Origin: Octopus vulgaris
Lineage: Eukaryota
Length of the DNA stretch: 64,000 bases
Direction of reading: 5' to 3'
Assembly (NCBI GenBank): GCA_951406725.2
Contig: OX597814.1
Span: 57,722,001-57,786,000, forward strand
Positions 40,960-53,839 of this stretch are shown here, in pieces (the first letter of the stretch is position 1; each line of letters opens with the position of its first letter). The position numbers and the translations under genes are program-made. Under the pieces are notes generated by a model. It was not told the origin of the DNA, searched no databases, and saw only the letters and a program-made list of their open reading frames with translations.

Positions 40960-41339
40960 AATGTATATGGCTATATGTATGGCTATATGGCTATATGTAT
41001 ATGTATATGGCTATATGTATATGTATATATTTTTTTAATGGTTGCCCCCTCGTTATCGAGTATGCCCATTGCACGAAGTTTAACTGTTATTGGTGCTGTG
41101 ATCGAATGTGACTTTTTAGCCCAGCTAAAGATCTACAATGTCTTGTACTGAAATGTAGTTGTAACTGGGCTTCATGTACCTTTGCATGTCGTTTAAGTCC
41201 TCCTGCCGATTTACACTCTCTTCCACATGCCTGACAGATATGATTAGTATCGCGTGTAACACCACCACCACCAGTGGCCAGGTTGTCACTCATCTGTCTC
41301 GCTTTATGACTACGAAGATGACTCTTGAGTCTAGCTTTA

Positions 41340-41340
<1 letters not shown>
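40960..41340 (-). mobile_element. RTE-type LINE 3' end with C2H2 zinc fingers
   Basis: [21 protein letters not shown]...[13 protein letters not shown], then a short UTR and (atatac/atagcc)n tail. Confidence 0.7.
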
Positions 41341-41404
<64 letters not shown>

Positions 41405-41417
41405 ATATATATATTTA

Positions 41418-41449
<32 letters not shown>

Positions 41450-41450
41450 A

Positions 41451-41484
<34 letters not shown>

Positions 41485-41606
41485 CAATTTAGGAATGACC
41501 CTAACAGGTCATTCGTCCACCAGAAAGAGCAGCCATAACTCACACCGCCAAGTAGTAGTAATTCAAAAATTAGGTGAAAATTCAAAAACATTTACCCTAA
41601 TTCATC

Positions 41607-41704
41607 TTTTAGACGTTGCAACGTTTCTGTGTCATTAATGATTAAATTAGCTTAATTAAATTAAATTAAGCTAATCTACCATAGGTTACACTTCATCAGT
41701 AAAA
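41607..41704 (-). ncRNA. Type I hammerhead ribozyme, copy 1
   Basis: Minus strand: tttta-CTGATGA-agtgt...acaca-GAAA-cgttgcaacg-TC-taaaa; palindromic stem III; GUC. Confidence 0.8.
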
Positions 41705-42080
41705 AACCTGGGGGAGACAAATATACACGAGGCGTCTGTATCGATGCCTAGGGAATATCTGTCTTAAAATTTTCAAGACTGACGTATTCGCGCCAAACTT
41801 ATCAGCAGTAAATATAAACTGCCGATTCAATCTCAGAATTATTCAGAAAATTATCAATTAGTCAATTTAGGGTAGCAAAAAAATTCAATAGAAATTTATC
41901 GCTACCAACGGCCTAGTGGAAAAGAGAAAATAGTCAACGACTAAGTATATAAATATAACAATTTAGGAATGACCCTAACAGGTCATTCGTCCACCAGAAA
42001 GAGCAGCCATAACTCACACCGCCAAGTAGTAGTAATTCAAAAATTAGGTGAAAATTCAAAAACATTTACCCTAATTCATC

Positions 42081-42178
42081 TTTTAGACGTTGCAACGTTT
42101 CTGTGTCATTAATGATTAAATTAGCTTAATTAAATTAAATTAAGCTAATCTACCATAGGTTACACTTCATCAGTAAAA
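42081..42178 (-). ncRNA. Type I hammerhead ribozyme, copy 2
   Basis: Same as copy 1, offset +474. Confidence 0.8.
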
Positions 42179-42554
42179 AACCTGGGGGAGACAAATATAC
42201 ACGAGGCGTCTGTATCGATGCCTAGGGAATATCTGTCTTAAAATTTTCAAGACTGACGTATTCGCGCCAAACTTATCAGCAGTAAATATAAACTGCCGAT
42301 TCAATCTCAGAATTATTCAGAAAATTATCAATTAGTCAATTTAGGGTAGCAAAAAAATTCAATAGAAATTTATCGCTACCAACGGCCTAGTGGAAAAGAG
42401 AAAATAGTCAACGACTAAGTATATAAATATAACAATTTAGGAATGACCCTAACAGGTCATTCGTCCACCAGAAAGAGCAGCCATAACTCACACCGCCAAG
42501 TAGTAGTAATTCAAAAATTAGGTGAAAATTCAAAAACATTTACCCTAATTCATC

Positions 42555-42652
42555 TTTTAGACGTTGCAACGTTTCTGTGTCATTAATGATTAAATTAGCT
42601 TAATTAAATTAAATTAAGCTAATCTACCATAGGTTACACTTCATCAGTAAAA
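42555..42652 (-). ncRNA. Type I hammerhead ribozyme, copy 3
   Basis: Same as copy 1, offset +948. Confidence 0.8.
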
Positions 42653-42788
42653 AACCTGGGGGAGACAAATATACACGAGGCGTCTGTATCGATGCCTAGG
42701 GAATATCTGTCTTAAAATTTTTTCTTTTCCACTAGGCCGTTGGTAGCGATAAATTTCTATTGAATTTTTTTGCTACCCTAAATTGACT

Positions 42789-42857
<69 letters not shown>

Positions 42858-43583
42858 TATATATATATACTTATATATATGTATATATATATACATACAT
42901 ATATATAAGTATATATATATGTGTGTGTGTGTGTGTATTCATCAATACGCACACATATACGTGCGCGTGTTTGGCTATGTGCATAAATTTCTAATTATTG
43001 ACCAGTATGAGAAAACTTTGGTTTATTTGTACATTTCTAGTTCAATAATTATAATTCACTGCGCATGTGCAGGACATTTCTCTCTATGTGTTCTGCTTTG
43101 CAAATTGATCTGATATGCCAACATAATTGGTAAATATTTAATTTTAAAATAAAATGCACGGTATTTTAATTGAGAACGTAGATTCAAAATTATATTATTT
43201 GCTGAATAAATAATTCGGATTAGATATTTCGTATAAAATATACATATTCAGATCCCATCCCACCAAATGTATAGCTAAACATACGCAGTTATATGTGCAA
43301 ACGGTTTAATATTAAAGTGATTTGCTACATTTCATAAAGAGGATTGAATTCAGTAGTAAACCTATAAAAATTTGTTCCAGATATATAGTGATACATGTAT
43401 GCACATAAACATCGCTTATATACATATAAAAGAAGGGATGGTATTATTAAAATACCATCCCGCATGGCAAGTGAGTTATCCGTCGTACAGGCAAATTAAT
43501 AAAATATATCGAATATCTAAGGTGTTTTATAATATTTAATTGGAGTAAGGTGAATACAAAAATGGAGAAGTTGAAGTAATTAA

Positions 43584-43661
43584 TGTCTTACAGCTGTTTC
43601 TGGGATATCCCAGAGGAATGGTCAACAACCCCATACACTTGGTATTCCGTCTTCAGAAACA
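43584..43661 (-). ncRNA. Type I hammerhead ribozyme in a solo element (~43430-43900)
   Basis: Minus strand: tgttt-CTGAAGA-cggaata...tatccca-GAAA-cagctg-TA-agaca; stem II has mismatches. Confidence 0.7.
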
Positions 43662-44647
43662 AGATTTGTATGGAGTAATGCTCCACACAGAGAATTCACA
43701 GTATATAGAAGAATAAAGATGAAAGAATAAAGTACAGAGTTCATCTTGTTCCAGAGGCTATTGATGTTAGTCCGTAAATCCCATTTAAATGTCTTAAATG
43801 ATGCATTCAGATTGAAGTGTTTTAAATAATGCATTCAGATTGAAGGAATAAATCAAACATAATTTCTATCGTACCTTTAGGTTCTTCCACAGGTCCAAGC
43901 GCAAGCAAAATGAACGCGCATGACACTTGCCTTTCTCCATTCACAATCGTAACAATACGTACGCATTTCTTTCATCTATTAATACTTATTACCTCAACGT
44001 ATATACTTTCGAAGATATCTAGCTGTACTAATCTTTTTAACTGTTAATTTTGAATTTTAATTTTTAACTTTTAATTTTGAATATATTGCCTCTCCTTAAG
44101 TTAGACATCTATTTCTAGAATTTTAGCTCTCTTTACCGACTGCTGAAGTAAAGTTAAATATTCTATTTGTAGCGAATATATTCGTCTTAGTCATCAACGT
44201 TAAAAAATCTTGTACATACATGCAAATGTTGTACATACTATGTAAGGTGTTTTCAGTCTGTACATGTCTTGTGTTGCCAATAAATAACAGACATAAATAT
44301 TTTGCTTCTTTGTCTTTGCCGAAGAAATTGAAGAAAAGTTTATTTCTTATTTCACATACGCGTAATGTCATCATATATAAAATTTGTACAAGCCATGTAC
44401 TGATTTAAAATATTTTTGTGATTTCATTAGTTCAATTATTTACAGTATTTAAATACAGTATGACTTTTTTTCCCCAGTCACTTGTTTTTTCAGCCATCAT
44501 TCATTGGCGGTCAATGAATGGCCCTCACCAGCTGCATATTCGATTTCAGTAAGAGCTTCTAACACACTGCGATAACAACATACATTAGGGAAGACAAAAA
44601 TAATAGCACTAGAAATTCAAACACACATTTACTATAAGAAATTTTCA

Positions 44648-44753
44648 GGCGCAGGCGTGACTATGTGGTTAGTAGCTTGCTTCTCAACAACATGGTTCCG
44701 GGTTCAGTCCCACTGCGTGGGAACCTTGGGCAATTGTCTTCTACTATATCCTC
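44648..44753 (+). mobile_element. SINE truncated at the inverted-duplication boundary
   Basis: ggcgcaggcgtgactatgtggttagtagcttgc...ctactatatcctc, then an abrupt switch. Confidence 0.8.
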
Positions 44754-45792
44754 AGTTGCCCAGATCAGCGTTTCAGAGAACATTCCACTGTCAAATCCTT
44801 TCCAACACTTAATAACGCCCATTGATATATATATTATTAAATAATTCTGGGAGTGGGGAGGCGAGCTGGCAGAATCGTTACCGCACTGGGAAAAATGCTT
44901 AGCGCCGTTCGGTTCACCTTTACCTTCTGAGTTCAAATGCCGCCGAGGTCGACTTTACCTTTGATCCTGGCGGGGTCAGTAAAATATGTAGCAGTAGAGG
45001 CCTGGGGTCGATGTAATCGACTATCGCCAACCATTAAAATCCAGGCCTTTTGCCTATAGTTGAAAGGAATATTAAATAACTCTAGGGCGGTGAGTTGGAA
45101 GAGTTTTTATCACGCTAGGCAAAATGCTGAGCAGCTTTACGTCTGTCTTTACATTCTGAATTCAAAATCCACCGAGGTCGACTATACCTTTCATCATTTC
45201 CAGGACTATTTGAGCACAGGGGTCAATGTAATCGACTTATTCCTACACTCGAAATTGTTGGCCTTATACCAAAATTAGAAACCAATATCGAACAACTCAG
45301 ATTTCATCTAAGTCACTCACCTTTGACCCACATGTAGTTCGTATTTCTTTCAAAAACATAATATTCTCCTCTAAATATTTATTTAATCTAAGTCTGAAAT
45401 ATTTTATGTATAAGCAGACTAAGTACACAGTCGTGTTCACATGGTTTAACAGATTTCAACATTTCAACATAAGTATCTGTGATTTTTAAGACATTTTGGG
45501 TAGTCTTAATTTTTTTTCTGTCTTTTAGCTAATCACTTATACCTTATCTAAACAGTTGTATGTATTCCCAGCATAATAAACATTTTTACTTCTTACAGAT
45601 TGTATTAGTTCCAAAAGTACTTTTGTACAATTCTACATATATAAGAAGACATATATAGACAGTGATTCAAGGGAGGCATTAGCTAAAATATTTGCTTTTT
45701 CTAAATCTGAGAGATATAGAATCTGATTGAAATTTTCTTGACTCATCTTCACATAAATATTTTTATTTGTTATTTGTTTCAGCCATTTGACT

Positions 45793-46166
45793 GACGTATT
45801 CGCGCCAAACTTATCAGCAGTAAATATAAACTGCCGATTCAATCTCAGAATTATTCAGAAAATTATCAATTAGTCAATTTAGGGTAGCAAAAAAATTCAA
45901 TAGAAATTTATCGCTACCAACGACCTAGTGGAAAAGAGAAAATAGTCAACGACTAAGTATATAAATATAACAATTTAGGAATGACCCTAACAGGTCATTC
46001 GTCCACCAGAAAGAGCAGCCATAACTCACACCGCCAAGTAGTAGTAATTCAAAAATTAGGTGAAAATTCAAAAACATTTACCCTAATTCATCTTTTAGAC
46101 GTTGCAACGTTTCTGTGTCATTAATGATTAAATTAGCTTAATTAAATTAAATTAAATTAAATTCAA
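45793..46166 (-). repeat. Fragment of the 474 bp hammerhead unit inserted in the left arm
   Basis: Nearly identical to 41781-42140; absent from the right arm. Confidence 0.92.
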
Positions 46167-46335
46167 GCCATGCTTGAAGGGTTTTTAGTCGAACAAATCG
46201 ACTACAGGGACTTATTTTTTAAGCCTAGAACTACTTTATAGATCTTTTTTACCGAACCGTTAGATTAGGGTGACCTAAATACACCAACACCGGTTGTCAA
46301 GTGGTGAACAAACAGAAACAGAAAGACACACACAC

Positions 46336-46387
<52 letters not shown>

Positions 46388-46499
46388 GTAGGTAGGTAGA
46401 TAGATAGATAGGTAGGTAGGTACGTAGGTAGGTAGGCAGGTAGGTAGGTAGGTGGGTGAGTAGATAGATAGATAGATCAAAATAGTTTGATTTAGACTC

Positions 46500-46750
46500 A
46501 TTGGTCCTCTGCGTTTTCAGCGTGAGGCTAGTCTTCGTCAATGAGAGTTCGATTGAAGAGATTCAATGTATATTGCTGGACATTAGCTTGCGGTTGGTCG
46601 AGAAAGGTCACACAGTAGAGCAGTTTAGTGTCGGTACTTCAGCAACAACAATTAGTTGGAAAATATTGCATGGTGAACAGAAAATCGACCACTTGGTGGA
46701 CAAGAAATCGGTCGTGTTTTGGGGGGCAAGTATGAATGGGCAGTAGATGA
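46500..46750 (+). mobile_element. Possible mariner HTH-region relic (mirrored at 48885-49135)
   Basis: VNESSIEEIQCILLDISLRLVEK...FSVGTS...KILHGEQ weakly resembles the mariner second HTH. Confidence 0.35.
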
Positions 46751-47691
46751 AGGGGTATATATGTATATACGCACATATATATGCCCATATATCTGCGTGT
46801 ATGCATCCGTACTTATACGAGTGTGTATGTGCGTACATTCACATATACGCGCGCGTGCATACACACATACACAAGTGCGCACACACATACACGCACACAT
46901 GGACACTCACCCATGCGTACACACCTTTACATCCCTGTACATATGCACATGAGCATACGCACACGCGCGAGCACACAAGTGTACACATGCACATACATGC
47001 ACACGCACGGGTGCACATAATAATGGACGTGCACGCACATGTACGCCCGCGCGTACACACGTCTGTTCATATGCATATGGTGAGCAGATGTATATGCGCA
47101 GCCATGGACATGAGCGCGCGCACGTATACTCGTGTGGTCATGCACAACGGGTGATGTACAAGGGATGAAAATGTGCGGGTAGACAAGCATGGAGAAGTCT
47201 CTTAGGAATTTAATGTTCCTTCCACACTGACCTAGATTTTCTGTCACCATTGAAATAGACTGACCTTTCTCTTTAGTGTCAATCTGTCTTTGTTCTTTTT
47301 ACACACCCCAAATTTTTTTTTTCTTCTTCTGTTCTTTTCTCCAGCTAATTAGCTTCCTTGACCTACCCTAATACCATTCCTACCACTAAATAATTTTTTT
47401 CTTGCAACAGTTAGATGCGAACTTAATTGTGGTTTGACTGACATCTTTCTTCATGTTTCCTGAAATTTATATCCTCAACTTTATCGGTATATTTACCTTC
47501 TCTGGGATGTCACTAATTAATCTGAGAACTTTACATTGTTGGAAAGCATATATGAACTCAATCCTGATTTACTTGGCATCTTGCTTCAAGTTCCTGAAAC
47601 TCACACCTACAACTTTATCGGTATATTTACACTCTCTAAGATGTTACTAATTGATTTGAGAATTTTACATTATTGGAAAACCTATATGATA

Positions 47692-47776
47692 TTAGCTGAA
47701 GATTACTTGACATATTATATTTGGTGTAATATTTGCAGCTTTAATAAATTGTTATAGTATGAAACAATTGTACTAA
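47692..47776 (+). ncRNA. Type I hammerhead ribozyme, same family as 27555
   Basis: ttag-CTGAAGA-ttacttgaca...tgttatagtat-GAAA-caattg-TA-ctaa, then atccattcttgttgct and (TA)n. Confidence 0.75.
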
Positions 47777-47810
47777 ATTACCGGATCCATTCTTGTTGCT
47801 TATTTTTTGG

Positions 47811-47861
<51 letters not shown>

Positions 47862-47984
47862 AGTGAATAGACAAGCGCAAAAGGGCACTCAACACATTTA
47901 TCTGGAGTTACATGTATATATCAGAATAGTTTTATTCAGAAGCCTTGGTATTCTGAGTTTCAAGCGTATGGCTAGTTTCGGCCA

Positions 47985-48345
47985 TTGTGGTTATCCTGCC
48001 TCTCAAGAATTGTAGTATACAGAGCCACTCTTACACTACAGAGGCACGACAGCCAATGACTTCAAGGAAGTTATTCCCAGCACTTGCATTCATTTACATC
48101 CAAAGACAGAGAGAACTCCACTTCCCTGTCGTGCTTTTTCTGGAGACTTCGTGACCTCCGAGATGAAACTCCTAGCATCAAGAGGACTATTATCTACAAG
48201 GCGTCACCATATTCACCCGGCGCCCCTAATTGTTGTGATTCCGTGAGAAACTGCATATCATCTACCAAAACGCAGTATCCATCAACAAGAAATATGAAGA
48301 ATCCTATTACTGTCATCAGATGAACACCCTTCTGGTAAATTCAAG
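47985..48345 (+). mobile_element. Penelope-like GIY-YIG endonuclease relic
   Basis: IVVYRATL, GTTANDFK, HSFTSKDRENSTSLSCFFWRL...IIYKASPYSPGAPNC, EKLHII...INKKYEESYYCH across frames; same type as 20260-20420. Confidence 0.75.
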
Positions 48346-48436
48346 CCACTGGCCGCCGATAACCCGAATGTACCAGTCACCCACCCGTCACAAATTAACC
48401 CCCATGAACAGCACTGTAAATTGACCAATCCCCAAC

Positions 48437-49168
48437 ACTTCCCCATGCCTGTCTACCCGCACATTTTCATCCCTTGTACATCACTCGTTGTGCATGACCA
48501 CACGAGTATACGTGCGCGCGCTCATGTCCATGGCTGCGCATATACATCTGCTCACCGTATGCATATGAACAGACGTGTGTACGCGCGGGCGTACATGTGC
48601 GTGCACGTCCATTATTATGTGCACCCGTGCGTGTGCATGTATGTGCATGTGTACACTTGTGTGCTCGCGCGTGTGCGTATGCTCATGTGCATATGTACAT
48701 GGATATAAAGGTGTGTACGCATGGGTGAGTGTCCATGTGTGCGTGTATGTGTGTGCGCACTTGTGTATGTGCGTATGCACGCGCGCGTATATGTGAATGT
48801 ACGCACATACACACTCGTATAAGTACGGATGCATACACGCAGATATATGGGCATATACATGTACGTATATACATATATACCCCTTCATCTACTGCCCATT
48901 CATACTTGGCCCCAAAACACGACCGATTTCTTGTCCACCAAGTGGTCGATTTTCTGTTCACCATGCAATATTTTCCAACTAATTGTTGTTGCTGAAATAC
49001 CGACACTAAACTGCTCTAACGCGTGACCTTTCTCGACCAACCGCAAGCTAATGTCCAGCAATATGCATTGACTCTCTTCAATCGAACTCTCATTGACCGA
49101 AGACTAGCCTCACGCTGGAAACGCAGAGTTCCAATGAGTCTGAATCAAACTATTTTGATCTATCTATA

Positions 49169-49255
<87 letters not shown>

Positions 49256-50470
49256 GCGTGTGTGTCTTTCTGTTTCTGTTTGTTCACCACTTGACAACCG
49301 ATGTTGGTGTATTTAGGTCACCCTAACTTAGCGGTTCGGTTAAAAAGACCTATGAAGTAGTTCTAGGCTTAAAAATAAGTCCCTGTAGTCGATTTGTTCG
49401 ACTAAAAACCCTTCGAGCATGGCCGTAGTCAAATGGCTGAAACAAATAACAAATAAAAATATTTATATGAAGATGAGTCAAGAAAATTTCAATTAGATTC
49501 TATATCTCTCAGATTTAGAAACAGCAAATATTTTAGCTAATGCCTCCCTTGAATTACTGTCTATATATCTTCATATATATGTAGAATTGTATAAAAGTAC
49601 TTTTGGAACTAATACAATCTGTAAGAAGTAAAAATGTTTATTATGCTGGGAATACATACAACTGTTTAGATAAGGTATAAGTGATTAGCTAAAAGACAGA
49701 AAAAAATTAAGACTACCCAAAATGTCTTAAAAATCACAGATACTTATGTTGAAATGTTGAAATCTGTTAAACCATGTGAACACGACTGTGTACTTAGTCT
49801 GCTTATACATAAAATATTTCAGACTTAGATTAAATAAATATTTAGAGAAGAATATCATGTTTTTGAAAGAAATACGAACAACATGTGGGTGAAAGGTGAG
49901 TGACTTAGATGAAAACTGAGGTGTTCGATATTGGTTTCTAATTTTAGTATAAGGCCAACAATTTCGAGTGTAGGAGTAAGTCGATTACATTGACCCCTGT
50001 GCTAAAATAGTCCTGGAAATGATGAAAGGTATAGTCGACCTCGGTGGATTTTGAATTCAGAATGTAAAGACAGACGTAAAGCTGCTCAGCATTTTGCCTA
50101 GCGTGATAACAACTCTTCCAACTCACCGCCCTAGAGTTATTTAATATTCTTTCAACTATAGGCAAAAGGCCTGGATTTTAGTGGTTGGCCGGGTGGGCGG
50201 TAGTCGATTACATCGGCCCCAGGACTCTACTGCTACATATTTTACTGACCCCGCCAGGATCATAGGTAAAGTCGACCTCGGCAGCATTTGAACTCAGAAG
50301 GTAAAGGTGAACCGAACGGCGCTAAGCATTTTTCCCAGTGCGGTAACGATTCTGCCAGCTCGCCTCCCCACTCCCAGAGTTATTTAATAATATATATATC
50401 AATGGGCGTTATTATGTGTTAGAAATGATTTGTAGTTGGAATGTTCTTTGAAGCGCAGATCTGGGCAACT
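48437..50470 (-). repeat. Right arm of the large inverted duplication
   Basis: Reverse complement of 44754-47198 with scattered substitutions. Confidence 0.95.
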
Positions 50471-50764
50471 TTTGTGAAAGAGTAGTGAATCATGCATGCA
50501 AGTCTTCTCTCTCCAAACAACCGATATTATCCAAAGAATAGGCAAGGTCAATATATCTTGTCACTAGTGTTATTATCAGGACACAGAATGCCGGAGCACG
50601 TACTACAAGGTATCTTGTTCGGCACTGTAACCGTTTCCCAGTCCATTTTCTTGGATTAGTAACTTTGTATAGATCCTGAAGACGAATGACGAATGTGACT
50701 GCGGCGAGATTTGAGCCCTGAGTATAAAGAATTAGAATATAACCGCATGGCAGTCTACCCAACA

Positions 50765-50853
<89 letters not shown>

Positions 50854-50859
50854 CATCTA

Positions 50860-50900
<41 letters not shown>

Positions 50901-52251
50901 TTATCTATCTATCTACGAAATATATAAAAGTTTGGAAACCCTGAGACTCAGAATGAAGCTTGTTACAAGGCAAGAATGGAATAGATGTTTGGGAAGTTTA
51001 AATTCTGTGGAAAATGCAATTCATTGAAGTTGAGTGTACAATGGTATTAGAAACAGCTTTGAAATATTAACTCATATCAATCATCAAAATATTTGTGAAT
51101 ATACTGTTTGAAACCACGCCATTTTCCATTATTAGCCTAACAATTTTACAAAGTGAGTTAACCAATCAAAATATGTTAATGACAGCGGAAATTAATTGCC
51201 ATGGATTAATTTTACTTCATGTCAGCTACAGAGATATTTCGAGGAGATTTATGCGGTGTTACGTAGCATACAATCTCTATGCTATTGAGTATTCTCGAAC
51301 TTCACAGTTAGCAGTTATTTTAACTTATCTGGGTGGATTTACTACAGTTTAGTGCAGAATTATCTGGAAATAATCCAATGAGAATAACCTAAATCAAAGT
51401 AATAATGGCTGAAATTTCTGTTATATATATATATTGTAGCGCGTAGCCATTTTCAAATAGTAGCGCTAATTTGTGGTAGCTGGCAATATGAGGTAATGTT
51501 GTATTGCCGAAGAAATATGATTGTCGTTTTCCCATTGGTTAATATAACTGCTCATATAGGAATTCTAAAAATTAGTTAAAGAATATTTTTTATGTGATTT
51601 CAATTCTTTAAAATGAAGTTGAGCAGGTATAAAAACCCTGGATTTTGGGAAAAACTTTAGTATTTGTGGGATGTAACTAAACTCCACGACACTCACTCCT
51701 TTGAGACATTGGTTATTTTTTTATGCCATGTCTATGAAAAATCCAACAAGACTTGTTTGAACTGTTGAGATATATAATAGTTAGAATGAGGAATTAACTA
51801 AAATATTAAGTCGTAATTCTCTACGACAAAATTACTTTACTTCAAATTGTATATAAATATTAAAAATGCTATATGTATATAATATAATAATGCAGAAATT
51901 ATTTTCTCTTTCTTTACGTTCTTCAACTTAATGAAACGTATTTCTGTAATTATGAAACTGTATTTTTTATAGCGGTTAAAAGAACATGAAATTCAACATA
52001 TATGCCTCATTAGCGTTCCAGAAAATATACTTCTCGCTATGACGTTTATGTAGCTGGAGTCAGGATTTAAGTACAGTGATAACACTCATAAGTAAGTTAT
52101 AGGTGACGGTTTTATCATTATATATCTTTACAACAAAAGCTAAATATATTTATCTATTTCCAAATAGGAAAAATAATAAAGTAGCGTTACACTAACAGTA
52201 AACAAACCAACCAGAAAACTTACGCTATATATACTAAAATTGGGTAGTCCG

Positions 52252-52321
<70 letters not shown>

Positions 52322-53704
52322 CATACGTACATATATGGTCATATGCTGGCAGGCGGAATCAGCCGATCATGAGTCGTTCGAGCAGTCGTCACTGACGAAA
52401 TACAGCATTGCACACACACACTCACACGCATACACACGCACACACACATACATACATATAATGTCACTGTCTGTTGCCTGTCGTTGGTCGGGTTGACTGT
52501 ACTGTTCTGTTTAGGAACAAAATGCCTTTGGACTTGAGGAGAGCAGCTGGAGTGGTCCCCCAACCCAACCAGACTGCCTTTCTGGGCCTTCACGTCAAGT
52601 ATAACAAGTGGTATGTAAAAGTCTAATGAGTGTAATGACCCACAGTGGTGGGTCAGAATCACAATCACGAAGACACACTAATAAATACAAAAACACACAC
52701 ATTCCTCGTCTTTCACGTAGTTTCCCTTTACCAAAGTCAGTCACAAGACATTGGTCAGCCTATAGTTATAATAGAAACAGCTTGCCCGAAGGGCTGCGCA
52801 TTGGGACTGAAATGAAACCACGTGACTGCAAAGCGAGCATCTTAACTACAAAACCATGTATGGGTCTAAAACGTCTGATGCTCTACCAGTTTAATTAAAA
52901 AAAAATTGTTTTTATGATTTCATAAGAGAGAAAGGGTGATCACCAATGACTAATGCGGGCCTTTGAACCTGGTGAGGACAATGCTGTTGCTATTCAGCTT
53001 GAGCATTTTTTTAAAGTTAACGAATGCGGAGGGAAACGAAAATGGAGAAATATGGAGAAAAAATTGACATAATTATAGTTATAAATACCTAAACCATTGT
53101 TGCATGATAAATACACGTGTTGAAATGCATAAAATCTTATAGAAAACGTTGTTTATAAATAAACATGAAACTCTTATAAATTGAAGATATACAAAGCATT
53201 TAAAAGTTCAGAAATATAGTATTACATAGAGATATGTTGACAGCATATAAAACATAAATCTCAGCATAACATTTCAAACACGGTAATTATGGTGTAATAT
53301 ATCTAACATTATAGTACTAGTCTCTGTTGGAGTCGGTTTGGAATGAATAACAGTTTGGAAGCAAATAACAATTTGTTTGACATTACCATATTTTTATGTG
53401 TTTGTATACAAGACATGTATGAGAAAATATACATAAATGGTTTTAGAATATTTTTAGATATTGAAAAATTATGTCCAAACATAAGGTTGAAATTAATGTT
53501 GTAAGATTTGATATATGATTGACAAAAATAAATTGTTTGTGAATCTATCATAAGAAGAATGTAATTTGTAGATTTCCTTTTAAGATTAATGTGAATAAAA
53601 ATGCAAGAGCTACATATAAAACATGTCTTCCTCTTTCTTCCTTGTTGTTTGCATTAATCTTGTTTAAACCAAACATAAAAGTGGCTTTTATGGAAAGACC
53701 CTAC

Positions 53705-53839
53705 CTGTGGCCATAATTCAAAATCTGCTTTGAAGATAAGGGTACACTTTTTAAAGAAGTATTTTACCCACCCCTCTACGTCACGAAAAGATACTGTATC
53801 ATTTCCTTTCTCCAAAAGCTTATTCGGCGGGATTAAACT
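53705..53839 (-). other. Candidate exon (135 nt) of an unidentified minus-strand transcript
   Basis: ccctttactttcag acceptor, cag|gtaggg donor, open in phase 0; repeat-poor context. Confidence 0.3.

Larger units (their letters stand above)
41481..42794 (-). mobile_element. Tandem 474 bp units (~2.6 copies) with a terminal inverted segment, inside (TA)n; retrozyme-like
   Basis: caatttagg at 41485, 41959 and 42433; copies look identical; 42721-42794 is the reverse complement of part of the unit. Confidence 0.9.
44754..47198 (+). repeat. Left arm of a large inverted duplication
   Basis: Reverse complement of 48437-50470, including SINEs, (TAGA)n and a cryptic purine-pyrimidine tract; carries an extra 374 bp insert. 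Confidence 0.95.

Noticed and set aside
41087-41293. Host C2H2 zinc-finger gene
   Set aside because: No TGEKP linkers, broken second finger, followed by a LINE-like UTR and tail; fits an RTE C-terminus
46750-47150. His/Thr/Cys-rich ORFs duplicated at 48480-48890
   Set aside because: Cryptic alternating purine-pyrimidine repeat copied by the inverted duplication
50670-50760. CTGAAGA motif before (CTAT)n
   Set aside because: No GAAA and no consistent stems
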